Positions 48,886 to 59,447 of a DNA stretch of 64,000 nt are shown piece after piece. Origin of the DNA: a virus; the IMG/VR virus record IMGVR_UViG_2838114448_000001, one strand, 5' to 3'. A program made the position numbers and the translations under genes. The notes beneath the pieces are model-generated. The model saw nothing but the letters and a program-made list of their open reading frames with translations, searched no databases and was not told the origin of the DNA. Each line of letters begins with the position of its first letter. Positions within the stretch are counted from its first letter, which is position 1.

Positions 48886-49467
48886 TTACGCGGCGTGGAT
48901 AATGCCGCCCATGAGTGCCAAAGCCTGACGAAACTCCGTCGTCAGAATGCCCGCCTCAATGGCCGCCAGAGCATCCGCCAGATGCTCGTTCTTCTTCGTC
49001 AGTTTCATCGCGCCGCCCGACTTGTGCCGGATCCATGGGGCCTCCGGATAGGTCGCGACCGCCCACTTGATGATCTCCGCCTTCGATGCCGTCCTGGAAC
49101 CGACCGACGCCAGCTTGGTCTCAAGTGGCTGCACCTGGATCAGCGGTGCACCCATCATGTCGAACGTCGTCATGAGACCAAGTGCGATGCCCAGACCCCA
49201 GGCGGCCCGCGCCGACTGCGCCCCCTGGGGAATTTCCGCCATGGCGAGAGCGGCACCGTCCGCCGCCTTACGAATGCCCCGGCTGATCTCCTGCGCGCGG
49301 CGCAGATCATCGGAGTTCCGACGCACCTGTTTGCTCGCCACGGGCTCGGTCGCGATCAGAATCAGATCGTCGACCACGATCTCCATGGACGGCAACAGAA
49401 GGCGCGTCACGGCAACGCCCGTGTTGCAGAGTGACGGATCGACACCGACAATTCTCAATTCACGCAT
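48886..49467 (-). CDS. RuvC-like Holliday junction resolvase
   Basis: VGVDPSL..TG, E.P, ASKAEII and EHLADA motifs. Confidence 0.8.
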   Translation of the reverse strand: MRELRIVGVDPSLCNTGVAVTRLLLPSMEIVVDDLILIATEPVASKQVRRNSDDLRRAQEISRGIRKAADGAALAMAEIPQGAQSARAAWGLGIALGLMTTFDMMGAPLIQVQPLETKLASVGSRTASKAEIIKWAVATYPEAPWIRHKSGGAMKLTKKNEHLADALAAIEAGILTTEFRQALALMGGIIHAA

Positions 49468-49949
49468 CACCAGGAACCCCATTCGGCTGTTTCAATATAA
49501 CCTTCCTTCTCAACCGCTTCTTTCTTTTGCTTCTGTTCTGCCGCCTCCTTTTTGGCGCGTGCGCACTTTTGTTTCTCCTTTTTTCTGAAATCCGCCTTGA
49601 GCGCGCCGAAATTGCTGTTCGCATGTTTTTCGATAAACTCATGCGCGCTCTTGAACATGTCGAAGAACTGGAACCCCGGAACCTCGATGTACGAGTACGC
49701 CTGCTGGTCGACCGGCGTGAGCCGGAACATCACGTCGTTCGTCTTGTAGCCCCGCACACTGGCCAGAAAGAACTCCTCGCTGCCGCTGAGCGGCGCGCGA
49801 ATGATCGTCTTGTTGGGGCATACCGCCGTGACCGTGCGCGGCCCAACCAGCTCCAACACCTGATCGATCGGCAGCGTCTCGCACAGGTATTCCGCCAACG
49901 CATCCATCGCCGTCTTCATCGCAACCTCAATCAATTCTGATTGATACAA
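49467..49949 (-). CDS. Hypothetical protein ending WGSW
   Basis: Between SbcC-like and RuvC-like genes; start uncertain. Confidence 0.6.
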   Translation of the reverse strand: MYQSELIEVAMKTAMDALAEYLCETLPIDQVLELVGPRTVTAVCPNKTIIRAPLSGSEEFFLASVRGYKTNDVMFRLTPVDQQAYSYIEVPGFQFFDMFKSAHEFIEKHANSNFGALKADFRKKEKQKCARAKKEAAEQKQKKEAVEKEGYIETAEWGSW

Positions 49950-49974
49950 TATAGCACTTTTGCGACGGCGCGCG

Positions 49975-51912
49975 TCAGGTCACCCATTCGACACTCGCCA
50001 AGCCGCCGTGCTTGCGCACCGTCAGCACCTGCGAGATCCAGTCGCGCAGAGACCGATGCGAAATCACCATGACGGTGCCGCGTTCGCGCGCCTTCTCCTC
50101 CAGAATGCCCATGAGACGTTCCAGACCGGCGCTATCGAGTGCGTCGTCGATCTCGTCGCCAAAGAACAGCTCGATCGGCTTGGTCGCGCGGCTCGCCACC
50201 AGGTCCTGAAGGGCGAGGGCGCACGCGACACGCACCTTGCGCTTCTCGCCGCCAGACAGCGCCGCAAAGGAGTCCCCGCCGGCGGCGTGTACAACGTCGA
50301 TGGTGAACTTCTCCCGCAGCTCGCCCTTCGCCGTGCGCGTCAGCGTCGACCATGTGGCCTGGGCGTGGCCATCGGTCAGCGTGCCGAGGTAGCGCGCCGT
50401 GCGCTCGTTAAGGAACGGCGTCACGGTGTCGAGAATGAGGGCGCGGACGCCGCCCGGTCCATAGACACGCACGACCTGCTCGGCCACCTCGACCTTCTTC
50501 TGGCCGGCGGGCAGGGCGGTTGTTTTGATGGCGTTGATCTTCTCGGTCAGCGCCGTGATCAGCGCGGTCTGCTCAGCCACCTCGGCGTCGTGCGGATTAG
50601 GCTCGGTTTTGCGCGTCTCGGCGTCGGTCAGATACTTGCGCGCCTGCTCGGTGTGCCGCGCGACCTCACTCAACCGCGCGGCGCGTGCGTCGATATCCCG
50701 TCTCAGAGCGTCACGCTGCGCGTTCAACGCTGCAACGCTTGTCATGCTCGCGCGATGTTCTTCCAACGCATCAGCGAGCATCTGAGCGCGCGTCTGTGCG
50801 TCATCCGCGACTGTTTTCTGTGCTTTGCAGCGCGCAACGACGTCGTGCAGGGATTGACCGAGGTGCGCGCGCACCTCGGTCAGATCGCCCGTCTCGTAGG
50901 TCTTGCCACATTCGCCGCACGGGGTACCGACCAGCTCCTCCGTGTTGGTCAGACGCGCCTTGGTCGCGCGCACCTCGTCGACCAGGCGCGTGAGCTTGGA
51001 GCGTTCGATGCCGGCGGTTCGATCAGCCTTGGCGGCGTCATCGGCCAGCTCGCGCTCGCGCTGCCGTTCGCCTTCAAGACCGGCGATCTTGGCGTCGACC
51101 TCCGCGAGCTGCGCCGCCAGTTCGGTCGGATCATAGACCTCAGCCGCGCGCGCAGCCGTCTTCGCTTCACCCGCCGCAGCCTTCGCCAACTCGCGCGCCG
51201 CCAAGACGCGCGCGGCGCGCTCGCGTTCGAACACCTCCTGCCGGCGCTCGGCTCCAATCAGATTTGACTGAACAATTTCCAGACGATCATTCAGGCGCGC
51301 AAGGTCGCGCTCCACCTCCGACAATTGGGCGCGCTCCGCGACCAGAACGGCGCGCGCGGTGTCATGCGCCTGCTCCAGCAGCGTGATGCCGGCCGCCTCC
51401 TCGACCAGCAGCTTGAGTTGCTTGTCAGTCAGCGCCGGCAGATCAGGCATCTGCTCCTGGGCGGCGTACACGGCCGCCCGAAATACCTCGTAAGAGCAGC
51501 CGATGACGCGCACGACCTCCGCCTGTGTCAGCTTGTCCGTGCCCTTCGTCAGATCGGTACTGGCGCCGGTCCCGTCCAGCTTGAGCAGATGGACCGCGTT
51601 CTTGCCCGTCTTGTGCTTGCGATGGCGGATGATCCGGTAGATGTCCTCCCCATCCTTCACATCGAGCTGGACGCACGTCTCTTTGCCGACGGTGCGGTTG
51701 ACCACGCCGTCGCCGGTGACGCCGCGCGCCGTGATGCCGAAGAGACACCACGACAGCGCATCGGCGATCGAGGACTTGCCGGCGCCGTTGCTGTCGGCCG
51801 ACGAGTCATCGTCGTTGACCCCCTGGATCAGCATCAAACCCACGTCGTCGAGCCCGATCGTGGCCTCGCCGATCGTGAGGAAATTCTGGATGACCATATC
51901 CGTGAATTTCAT
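49975..51912 (-). CDS. SbcC/Rad50-like recombination ATPase
   Basis: NGAGKSS, CGECG hook, LSGGE, DEIDDALD and SH motifs. Confidence 0.93.
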   Translation of the reverse strand: MKFTDMVIQNFLTIGEATIGLDDVGLMLIQGVNDDDSSADSNGAGKSSIADALSWCLFGITARGVTGDGVVNRTVGKETCVQLDVKDGEDIYRIIRHRKHKTGKNAVHLLKLDGTGASTDLTKGTDKLTQAEVVRVIGCSYEVFRAAVYAAQEQMPDLPALTDKQLKLLVEEAAGITLLEQAHDTARAVLVAERAQLSEVERDLARLNDRLEIVQSNLIGAERRQEVFERERAARVLAARELAKAAAGEAKTAARAAEVYDPTELAAQLAEVDAKIAGLEGERQRERELADDAAKADRTAGIERSKLTRLVDEVRATKARLTNTEELVGTPCGECGKTYETGDLTEVRAHLGQSLHDVVARCKAQKTVADDAQTRAQMLADALEEHRASMTSVAALNAQRDALRRDIDARAARLSEVARHTEQARKYLTDAETRKTEPNPHDAEVAEQTALITALTEKINAIKTTALPAGQKKVEVAEQVVRVYGPGGVRALILDTVTPFLNERTARYLGTLTDGHAQATWSTLTRTAKGELREKFTIDVVHAAGGDSFAALSGGEKRKVRVACALALQDLVASRATKPIELFFGDEIDDALDSAGLERLMGILEEKARERGTVMVISHRSLRDWISQVLTVRKHGGLASVEWVT

Positions 51913-52322
51913 CGGCTCGCTCCCACTTCAGCCGCCTCGCTGCGACGCGGACGGCCCGATCCGGCCGGCTGCGGACGGCGACGGCCAAGAACCTTCGTCA
52001 GCCCCGCCGCACGCAGGCGCTGCTTGGTCTTGCCCGCGATGCTCAAGTCGGCCACCGTCAGCATCTCCACATCGTGCGGCGCCATTCGATGACACGGCGA
52101 ACGCGCGAACATCTCGTGGATCGCTTCGACCTGCCGGTGCCGGCGCAACATGCACAAAAGGCTGGCGTCTTTGTTCGGCCAGAGAATGTCGCCCAGCCGC
52201 GGCGCCACCTCCCACGCCTTGTCCATCGAGCCGAGCTGAAGATGGATGAGGCGAACCTCCTTCCAGCCGAACGTGGTGGGAACCTCATAGAGGGCGGTGA
52301 ACTTTGCCTTTCGCTCGCTCAT
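51909..52322 (-). CDS. Hypothetical protein
   Basis: Coupled ORF. Confidence 0.45.
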   Translation of the reverse strand: MSERKAKFTALYEVPTTFGWKEVRLIHLQLGSMDKAWEVAPRLGDILWPNKDASLLCMLRRHRQVEAIHEMFARSPCHRMAPHDVEMLTVADLSIAGKTKQRLRAAGLTKVLGRRRPQPAGSGRPRRSEAAEVGASR

Positions 52323-52717
52323 GCCCGCTTCTCCATCGCTCGCATCTCGGCGTTGATCGCATCGGCGTAGCTGCCGCCATCGACCGAAGCTGGCCGCGAC
52401 GCGGCCGGACGATCCGTCCGGCTATTGGGCTTCTGATGACGTGACGCGGCCGGACGATCCGTCCGGCTATTGGGCTTCTGATGACGTGACGCGGCCGAAG
52501 CGCCGACCCGGACGCGCGACCGATCGTTGCGCTCCGCCTTCGTCACGATCACATTCGCGTCCGGGTGGCGCTCCTTGTACCCCTGCGCCGTGACGAAGGG
52601 GAGCCCAGCGTAGGTCTCCTGGATCATCTCGACGCGCTCACCGACCCGCGCGCCCTTGTCGTCGTAGGTGTAGATGATGCGCTTCCGCTCCATGCGGACG
52701 GTGAACAGATCACCCAT
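52319..52717 (-). CDS. Hypothetical protein with a 15-aa duplication
   Basis: GAGGAG RBS; 45-bp tandem repeat. Confidence 0.6.
   Translation of the reverse strand: MGDLFTVRMERKRIIYTYDDKGARVGERVEMIQETYAGLPFVTAQGYKERHPDANVIVTKAERNDRSRVRVGASAASRHQKPNSRTDRPAASRHQKPNSRTDRPAASRPASVDGGSYADAINAEMRAMEKRA
52398..52497. repeat. Perfect 45-bp tandem duplication (2.2 copies)
   Basis: Read directly from the sequence. Confidence 0.9.
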
Positions 52718-52797
52718 GTTGCTCTCCTCGTGTCTTCGTGCCATCGCGAATTAGCGAATTCGTATATTCGCGAATTCGCGATGGCATAGCGAATGGA

Positions 52798-53877
52798 TTA
52801 GTCAGCGCGCGCGAGGCTTTCGCGCGTCTTGATCAAGACTTCCTCGGCTAGACAGGTGACGGCGGCCTTGTCCTCGTAGTCGAGCATGGCGACGAAATCG
52901 AGCACCGACGTCTCAATTGAGGCGCCGGCCGAGACGCTGGCCCCGGCGCGCGCGACGGTGGCTGTTTCCCGCACAGCCTGGATCACGACGCCCTGCGCCT
53001 TCTTGTCCATCAGGATCTGACGCAGCTCTTTCTCCTGCGCGGGCTTGATGCTCTCGAAGCGGACGCGGACATAGTTGCCGTCGACCGTCAGAGTCAATTC
53101 GTCCTCATCGGCCGCATCAACCTCGGTGATCTCGATAAACGACGGCGCCCGGCTTGCCCGGAACGTCACCTCGTCGTCGACGATCAGGAAACCAGCCTTG
53201 CTGCCGATATCGCGCCACGTCTGCTGCGTCGTAGCGCCGATCGAGAACACGCCGTGCCCGAGACAGGCGTGATTGTGAAAATGCCCACTGAAGACGCGCC
53301 GGAAGCCCCAGCCGATGTCGCCGATCTCCTTCGGATCCAGGGCGTTGTCGAACGCCACAGGCAGCGAGCCATTGATCGGCGCGTGGATGATCAGATCAGC
53401 GCCTCGACGCTGCTCGGCCGGGATCGTGTTTACACTCTCGCGCAGGGCCTCCAGCGTGGCGCGCCAGGGGACCATGAACACGACGTGATCGTCGACGTCG
53501 ACGGCCGTCGGTCGCGTGACCACGGTGAAGCCCTCGATCGTAGACAACACCTGAATGGCGTTGCCCAGCTCCGTCGTGTCGTTGGACTTCAGGTCGTGGT
53601 TGCCGGGAATGGCGTGAATCTGAACGCCCCGATCCACGATGCCGCGAATGGTCTCAACGACGGGGTTCAGCACGCTCGGATCGACCGAGCCGCGGACGTG
53701 AAACAGATCGCCGGCCAGGAACATCATGGTCCCGCCGCGCTCCAGCAGTTCATCGGCCTGGCGGGTCAGCTCCTTCAGGATCGTGGAGAGCCGCGAGTTG
53801 ACGCCGCCCTCGGTGGTCTCGCTGAACGCCGACCAGTTGTGGCAGTGATGATCGGACGAGATCGAGTAGGGGATCAT
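52798..53877 (-). CDS. SbcD/Mre11-like metallophosphoesterase nuclease
   Basis: SDHH, AGDLFH, GNHD and GHFH motifs. Confidence 0.9.
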   Translation of the reverse strand: MIPYSISSDHHCHNWSAFSETTEGGVNSRLSTILKELTRQADELLERGGTMMFLAGDLFHVRGSVDPSVLNPVVETIRGIVDRGVQIHAIPGNHDLKSNDTTELGNAIQVLSTIEGFTVVTRPTAVDVDDHVVFMVPWRATLEALRESVNTIPAEQRRGADLIIHAPINGSLPVAFDNALDPKEIGDIGWGFRRVFSGHFHNHACLGHGVFSIGATTQQTWRDIGSKAGFLIVDDEVTFRASRAPSFIEITEVDAADEDELTLTVDGNYVRVRFESIKPAQEKELRQILMDKKAQGVVIQAVRETATVARAGASVSAGASIETSVLDFVAMLDYEDKAAVTCLAEEVLIKTRESLARAD

Positions 53878-53956
53878 CGCGCATTTCCAATCAGATTTGA
53901 TTTATCATTTCGGTGTTGCGGCGCCTAACACGCGCCAGGCGCCGCAACCTTTCGAA

Positions 53957-55687
53957 CTAGGAGTTCTGGATGTCCTGTTCGAAGCGCCGTGCCCGCTCCA
54001 CGAACCGCTCGATATGCCGGATCGTTGGCTCGATGTCCTCGCTTCGCGCCAGGGCCTGCGCATGCCGGATTGCGCTCTTGATCTGCCGGCCGTTGAGGTC
54101 GTAGTGCGCCAAAACGTCCGGGTCGATATGGTCCAGCCCGGCCGCCAGCAGCAGATTGCCCCAGACCCTCTTGCGCCACTCGTTGTCGATGGCGCCGAAG
54201 CGGATCGCCAACGAAACGCGGCTATAGAACGCGCGGTCAATGTTCCGCACACGATTGGTCGTGAGGAACATCACGCCCTGGTGATACTCCAAAAGGCGCA
54301 AGAACACGCCGACCATCGCGTTACGAACGATATCCTTCTCGTCGCGCTCCTCCAGGAAGATGTCGGCTTCGTCCAGCAGAATGACGGCGTTCCACGTCAT
54401 CGCAACGTCAAGGATCTCGCGAAGCGACACTTCCAAAGCCCGCGGATCAGTGCCCAATTCACCGACCGAAATAGTGTAGAGAGGCCGGCGCAACAGCTCC
54501 GACACCGCCTCGGCCGTCAACGTCTTCCCTCGGCCCGGTTCGCCGTGCAGCAGGAAGATGGTGCCACCACCCTTGCTCTCGATGACGTCCTCGAAGCCGG
54601 TCTGACCGTTCCGCACCAAGACCTCGATCAGCTTCTTGTCCTGTTCGTCCAGAACGAGCTTGTCGTAGGCGTCTTCGCGGAATTTGATCTCCCGCAGATC
54701 GTCGATGTCCAGGCGGCCCCACTGCTTACAGGCGAACGAGAAGCCATGAAGAGTGGGCAAGCACCGCCAGTATTCGCTGGTGTCGATTCCCACGGCGTCA
54801 GTGTTCGAGTCCGATTCGATCGTCTCAACGTCCAAAGCCCGAAGCTCGTTACGCCATCCGTCCGGTTCCATCTGCCTGAAGGATCGCACGTCGATCATGA
54901 CCCGTCCGGTCGCCCGATACGAACGATCAGCAAAGTACGACGACCGAACCAGATTGCCCGTGTAGGCGGCGTACACGGCGCCCTCGCAGAACGTTGCGAA
55001 TTTCTCGCCACGAGTCTGCAACATCGCCTTGGTCTCGGGGTCGATCTTGTGGAGCCTCAGATCGCTAATCAGCATCCGATCAAACGCCGGCACCACGAAG
55101 TCAGTCGTCGCCTCTTCGATCTTGCCGTTGATCGCGGCGAGAACACGGAGCTTGAGCGTCCAATATCGCAAGAGCCACCCCTCGGTGAACTCGACGTCCT
55201 CGACAATTCCGCCGACGCGCTTGCCCTTCTGAACGTACCAGACCTCGCAGCCTTTCTCGAAGAAGGCGTGCATATCGTCATTTTCGATTTCACCGCGCTC
55301 GAACCGCTGGTTCTGACGCTCCTTCAACTCCTTTTCGAACACCTTGAGTGCGCCGACAAACGAAGCGGCGTGCTTACGGTATTCAGGGTTGGTAAACTCA
55401 ACATCGGCGATCTCGTTCTCGATCGTCTTGACGTGTTTCGCCAGCAGGTCGATCGGAAACCGCAACTCGTACTCATTGATCCGCCGACTGGACATGGTTT
55501 CATTCAAGGCCCGGCGAACCACACCATTCATATACCGACCCGCAAGATCGAAATACACGACGCCGCGATCGTCGATCTTTTTAAAAAGATCAGTACTCTC
55601 CAGAACCACGACACCGGTCGACTCGCCGATCGTTTCACCTTCAGCTTCGGTCGTTTCGGCCACAATCACGCCACCATCCATAATCAT
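53957..55687 (-). CDS. AAA+ ATPase
   Basis: GEPGRGKTLTAE, LLDEADIFLE, FLRLLEY, TTNR and LNGRQIK motifs. Confidence 0.9.
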   Translation of the reverse strand: MIMDGGVIVAETTEAEGETIGESTGVVVLESTDLFKKIDDRGVVYFDLAGRYMNGVVRRALNETMSSRRINEYELRFPIDLLAKHVKTIENEIADVEFTNPEYRKHAASFVGALKVFEKELKERQNQRFERGEIENDDMHAFFEKGCEVWYVQKGKRVGGIVEDVEFTEGWLLRYWTLKLRVLAAINGKIEEATTDFVVPAFDRMLISDLRLHKIDPETKAMLQTRGEKFATFCEGAVYAAYTGNLVRSSYFADRSYRATGRVMIDVRSFRQMEPDGWRNELRALDVETIESDSNTDAVGIDTSEYWRCLPTLHGFSFACKQWGRLDIDDLREIKFREDAYDKLVLDEQDKKLIEVLVRNGQTGFEDVIESKGGGTIFLLHGEPGRGKTLTAEAVSELLRRPLYTISVGELGTDPRALEVSLREILDVAMTWNAVILLDEADIFLEERDEKDIVRNAMVGVFLRLLEYHQGVMFLTTNRVRNIDRAFYSRVSLAIRFGAIDNEWRKRVWGNLLLAAGLDHIDPDVLAHYDLNGRQIKSAIRHAQALARSEDIEPTIRHIERFVERARRFEQDIQNS

Positions 55688-55702
55688 CTCTCCGTTGCGC
55701 GA

Positions 55703-55780
55703 TACGTCAGAATTGACTTATGCACTTTATATAGCAGACACACAGCGGGGTTGCACAAGAAAACAATCAAACCTGATTTA
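55703..55780. promoter_or_regulatory. Promoter of the AAA+ gene flanked by two family A operators
   Basis: Operators at 55703-55720 and 55763-55780; TGCTATAT -10 box on the - strand between them. Confidence 0.7.
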
Positions 55781-56162
55781 TTTTTGTAGCGCGCGGACGG
55801 CGTGCAAAATTCTGAATAGGAACCATTCGGTAGCTGCCGGCGCGGATCATGACCGCGCGATCCCAAAAGGCGCTCAGGTGAACCAGGAACTTTTCGCCGG
55901 TCTCCTTGACCCGCACGACCACCAGGTGAACGCCCTTGGCCCGCAGCGCCATCAGAATCTCCTCATGGATACTCCAGCACGCCACGCCCTTGCTCAAGGC
56001 GGCCGCGATGCTCCGTTCACCCTGACGGCGCACATCGCGCAGCCGAGATTCCATGACGAAGACCAGCGTGCCCTTGGGCCAACGCCAAAGGGCGCCGACA
56101 ACGCGGCGCCCTGTCTTCATTGGTTCAACCGTCACGCCAGTCGGCGGCGTCTTCCGTCTCAT
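55767..56162 (-). CDS. Hypothetical protein
   Basis: 131 aa ORF. Confidence 0.55.
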   Translation of the reverse strand: MRRKTPPTGVTVEPMKTGRRVVGALWRWPKGTLVFVMESRLRDVRRQGERSIAAALSKGVACWSIHEEILMALRAKGVHLVVVRVKETGEKFLVHLSAFWDRAVMIRAGSYRMVPIQNFARRPRATKINQV

Positions 56163-56709
56163 AGGTTCTCTCCAGGTCGATGATCGTCACCTGACGGTCG
56201 ACCGTCATCATCTGCGGACCGTAGCCGCGTCGCAAAACCTCGAACAGACGATCCTGGGCGCCGACGACCGGCGTATCGAGCTGCGTGTGGTTCTGCTGGG
56301 CGATCTCGTCGGTCAGCTTCGACCAGTGCATGGTGCGCAGACCAATCACGATAGCTTCGCCAATGAAGACGTCGCGCACGCTGTTCCACAGCGTGACGGT
56401 GCGACCGATCTGAAGCCGATTCATCCATGCCTTGCCCAGTCGCACGGTGTTGAACCGCGCATCCAGACCTACCGCGTCCCGGAAGGCGAGGTGAGGGCGG
56501 TAGCCCGGACATTCCGCGATTACCGCCTTCGTCTCTAGCTCGCCCGTGATCTCCGCAAGGCGCGCGTGCGTGATGCACATGGAATTGATGGCGCAAAAGT
56601 CGCACAGGTGCAGGGCGCGCTCACGATCCTTGGGCGTCATCAGGGTCCACCGACCCGTTTCCGTCAAACGAACGCGGCGCAGATTTGTTTCAAACGTGGG
56701 CATAGCCAT
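56125..56709 (-). CDS. Hypothetical protein (Cys cluster plus possible ASCH-like region)
   Basis: CDFC..C..C; FNTVRLG. Confidence 0.55.
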   Translation of the reverse strand: MAMPTFETNLRRVRLTETGRWTLMTPKDRERALHLCDFCAINSMCITHARLAEITGELETKAVIAECPGYRPHLAFRDAVGLDARFNTVRLGKAWMNRLQIGRTVTLWNSVRDVFIGEAIVIGLRTMHWSKLTDEIAQQNHTQLDTPVVGAQDRLFEVLRRGYGPQMMTVDRQVTIIDLERTYETEDAADWRDG

Positions 56710-56766
56710 CCTCTCAAACGGTCTATACCCACGTTACACGAAATCGCTTTTTAGCGCATTAGCGAT

Positions 56767-57114
56767 TTACGACGTTTGAATCACATCATCGGCATCATCG
56801 GCCATACACAGCATGGCGATCGTCACCTCGTTGACCGCGCGAATGGCGGTTGTGACCTTGAGGGTCACGTCGGCCGAGCCGCCATTGATAGCCTCGGCCA
56901 ACCCGTCGATCTCATCGGGCGTCGGCAGGGCGTTCTCGCCATAGTTGGTCACGACGGTCTCGATCTCACAATTCAAGGTGCCGTCCTTGAGGGCCTTGTG
57001 CAGCAGGTTCAAGCTGCCCAGCAGCGCGTCGCGCTGCGCGCTTGTCAGCGCCAGCGTCACCATGTTCTTGCCCGCCAGATCCATCACGTCGGCAGCATCC
57101 ATTGCGTCCGTCAT
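56767..57114 (-). CDS. Hypothetical protein
   Basis: Coupled ORF. Confidence 0.6.
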   Translation of the reverse strand: MTDAMDAADVMDLAGKNMVTLALTSAQRDALLGSLNLLHKALKDGTLNCEIETVVTNYGENALPTPDEIDGLAEAINGGSADVTLKVTTAIRAVNEVTIAMLCMADDADDVIQTS

Positions 57115-57623
57115 GCCGCATCTCCCATGTTAGATTCGCTCATAACCGGCACCGGCGCGTTCAGAACGCGCTCGATGCCATGAAGCGTCCCACGCAGTGC
57201 CTCGATCTCCGCAAGCGCCTGGCGGCGATAAGCGTTCACTGCCTCGGCGCACAGACCGTCGAGATTGTCGTCAATGAACACCACGATTCCGGGATCAAGC
57301 GCATCCAAGCTCTGCTTCAACTTCGACATGACCACGTTGAGCGTGGGGTTGATCTCCGACACAACGTCGATGACCCACCGCGTCTGATAGCCACCATTCA
57401 TGTGCGTGACAAAGCCGGACACCTTGAACGTGAAGTCCTTGAACAGGACGACATCGACAGGCTCGACCCGAAAGTGTCGCTCGCGCCGGAACCCCTCCAT
57501 GATGCGCTCGATGTTGAAGGCCGCGACCCGTGCGTCCTGCGTCCGAAGGGTTTCGAACAACCCGAACGGCGCTTCGCGCAGTCGAATATTCAAGGTGCCC
57601 AAGAGCCCGGTCTGCAAGATCAT
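57111..57623 (-). CDS. Hypothetical protein
   Basis: Operator at 57633 just upstream. Confidence 0.6.
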   Translation of the reverse strand: MILQTGLLGTLNIRLREAPFGLFETLRTQDARVAAFNIERIMEGFRRERHFRVEPVDVVLFKDFTFKVSGFVTHMNGGYQTRWVIDVVSEINPTLNVVMSKLKQSLDALDPGIVVFIDDNLDGLCAEAVNAYRRQALAEIEALRGTLHGIERVLNAPVPVMSESNMGDAA

Positions 57624-57663
57624 GTCTGCCTCTCAATCAGATTTGATTGATCTATACTGACAG

Positions 57664-57702
57664 AAAAAAGGCGGGAACACGGGCGGGAACTATATTCCCG
57701 CC
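57664..57702 (-). terminator. Intrinsic terminator
   Basis: GGCGGGAA/TTCCCGCC stems followed by T6. Confidence 0.65.
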
Positions 57703-57711
57703 AAATCTCCA

Positions 57712-58377
57712 TCAGTCGAGGGCGTCCAGCAATTCGTTGATGTCCAGATCATCCGGAACATCGTCGATCTTCGCGGGCGTCTCATCCTCTTCATCTTCGG
57801 CATAGACGATCGAGGATTTCTTCTTCGGCTTGGGCGGCTCAACCTTCACTTCCGCCTCCGGCTCGGGTTCCGGCTCGGGCTCCGGCTCAGGTTCCGGCTC
57901 CGCCCCAAGCTCGGGCGTTACCAACGTGATGTCTTCAAACACGGCTTCGGCTGCGGCCGAGCGCGCCGTCTCAATCGTGCCGTCCTGCACGGCCTTCTGC
58001 CAATTGGCCGGCAGCCGCATCATGTCTTCGTCCGAGATGACCTCGCCGGCGGCCTTACGCTCGATCAGCTCCTGCGCCAGCGCACGCGCGTTCTCGCCGC
58101 GAACGCGCTTGATGCCGTCGCCGCGCACCGTACTCAGACTGAAGCTGCCGATCGCCGTGACCTTCGGCGCGTCCATGATGGCCGCCACGGAAGTATCGAA
58201 TGCGGTGACGGCTTCGTTCAGAAACTGGGTCATCTGCTCGGCCACGTCGGACGTCAGGTACTCCGGGTTGGCCGTGATCGTGGCAAGCTGCTCCTGGAGC
58301 AGTCCGCCGATGCGGTTCACGCGCCCAACGAGGGCGCTATCGAACTGCGATTTGGTGATTTTCTTAGGCATCGTCAT
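57712..58377 (-). CDS. Hypothetical protein with an (EP)n linker and acidic tail
   Basis: 221 aa; GGAG RBS. Confidence 0.65.
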   Translation of the reverse strand: MTMPKKITKSQFDSALVGRVNRIGGLLQEQLATITANPEYLTSDVAEQMTQFLNEAVTAFDTSVAAIMDAPKVTAIGSFSLSTVRGDGIKRVRGENARALAQELIERKAAGEVISDEDMMRLPANWQKAVQDGTIETARSAAAEAVFEDITLVTPELGAEPEPEPEPEPEPEPEAEVKVEPPKPKKKSSIVYAEDEEDETPAKIDDVPDDLDINELLDALD

Positions 58378-58382
58378 CTCCG

Positions 58383-59447
58383 TTACGCGGCGGGCTCTTC
58401 CCAGCCGCCCTCTTTACCTTCAGGAACTTCCACGACCGGATCGTCCACCTCCGGCAACATGGCGACCAACTCGTCGTAGCGGCCCTCACGCTCGATCAAC
58501 TCAACAACCTGTGAGCGATACAGGTTTTTCCCGTCCCACTGGATGCGCGAGCCGGACGCTTCGATCAGCTTGTTGCTGGCCATGAAGTCGAGCAGCGAAC
58601 CCACCGTGTCGAACTTGCCGGAGCCGTCCGACTGGAACATGAAACGCCAGGCGGCGGTCTGAAACGGGCGCGTGATCTTGTTCTTCACAGCCTTGGCGCC
58701 GATCTCCTGGCCCAACACGTCGTCGCCGCCTTTGGACTTGATCTTGCGCGCGCCAAGCTGGATACGAATCGAGGCATGAAACTTCGGCGCGTCACCGCCT
58801 GGCGTCGTGGTCGGATCGCCGTAGACGACGCCAGGCTTGGTTCGCATCTGATTGAGGAACAGCGCGGTGATGCCCAGTTCGTCGCAGAACTGATCGAAGG
58901 CCGGAAACACCGCCGACGTCGCCCGCGCGAGCGCCGTGTTGTCGTGCATCCCGTAGCCGCTAACGGACTTCTCCATCTTCGACTTCGGAACCATCGTGGC
59001 CAAACTGTCGAAGGTCCAGAAGATCGGCGCGTCCGGGTCGATCAGCCTTTTCTCGCGCACGCGCTCCGCGACGGCGATGCACAGACTGATACTGTCCTCG
59101 AACGTGCGCGGCTTCTTGTAGATCCAGGAGCCAGGCGTCGTGTTGAGCCCCAAGGCGCGCGCCAGTCGATCCGCAAACGAACGTTCGTGATCGGAGAAAC
59201 CAGCGATGCCGCCGAACCGCTGCGCACTGATCGACGCCATCGTCGCGATGGCTGTCTTGCCGGACGAGGGCGGTCCAAACATCTCGATGATGCGTCCACG
59301 CGGGAAGCCGCCGTCGTAGCGTCCGGACAAAACCCGGTTCAGCGGCGGGAATCCCGTGTCGATGAAGGAGCGAACCTCGGCCGGCGCGTCGTTGCCGCCG
59401 ATGAACGTCTCCATCTCCTTGGCCAAATCTGTCATGCTCATGCCCAT
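58383..59447 (-). CDS. recA: RecA-like recombinase
   Basis: GRIIEMFGPPSSGKT, DSLA, FLNQ.R and TTPGG.A.KF.AS motifs. Confidence 0.95.
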   Translation of the reverse strand: MGMSMTDLAKEMETFIGGNDAPAEVRSFIDTGFPPLNRVLSGRYDGGFPRGRIIEMFGPPSSGKTAIATMASISAQRFGGIAGFSDHERSFADRLARALGLNTTPGSWIYKKPRTFEDSISLCIAVAERVREKRLIDPDAPIFWTFDSLATMVPKSKMEKSVSGYGMHDNTALARATSAVFPAFDQFCDELGITALFLNQMRTKPGVVYGDPTTTPGGDAPKFHASIRIQLGARKIKSKGGDDVLGQEIGAKAVKNKITRPFQTAAWRFMFQSDGSGKFDTVGSLLDFMASNKLIEASGSRIQWDGKNLYRSQVVELIEREGRYDELVAMLPEVDDPVVEVPEGKEGGWEEPAA

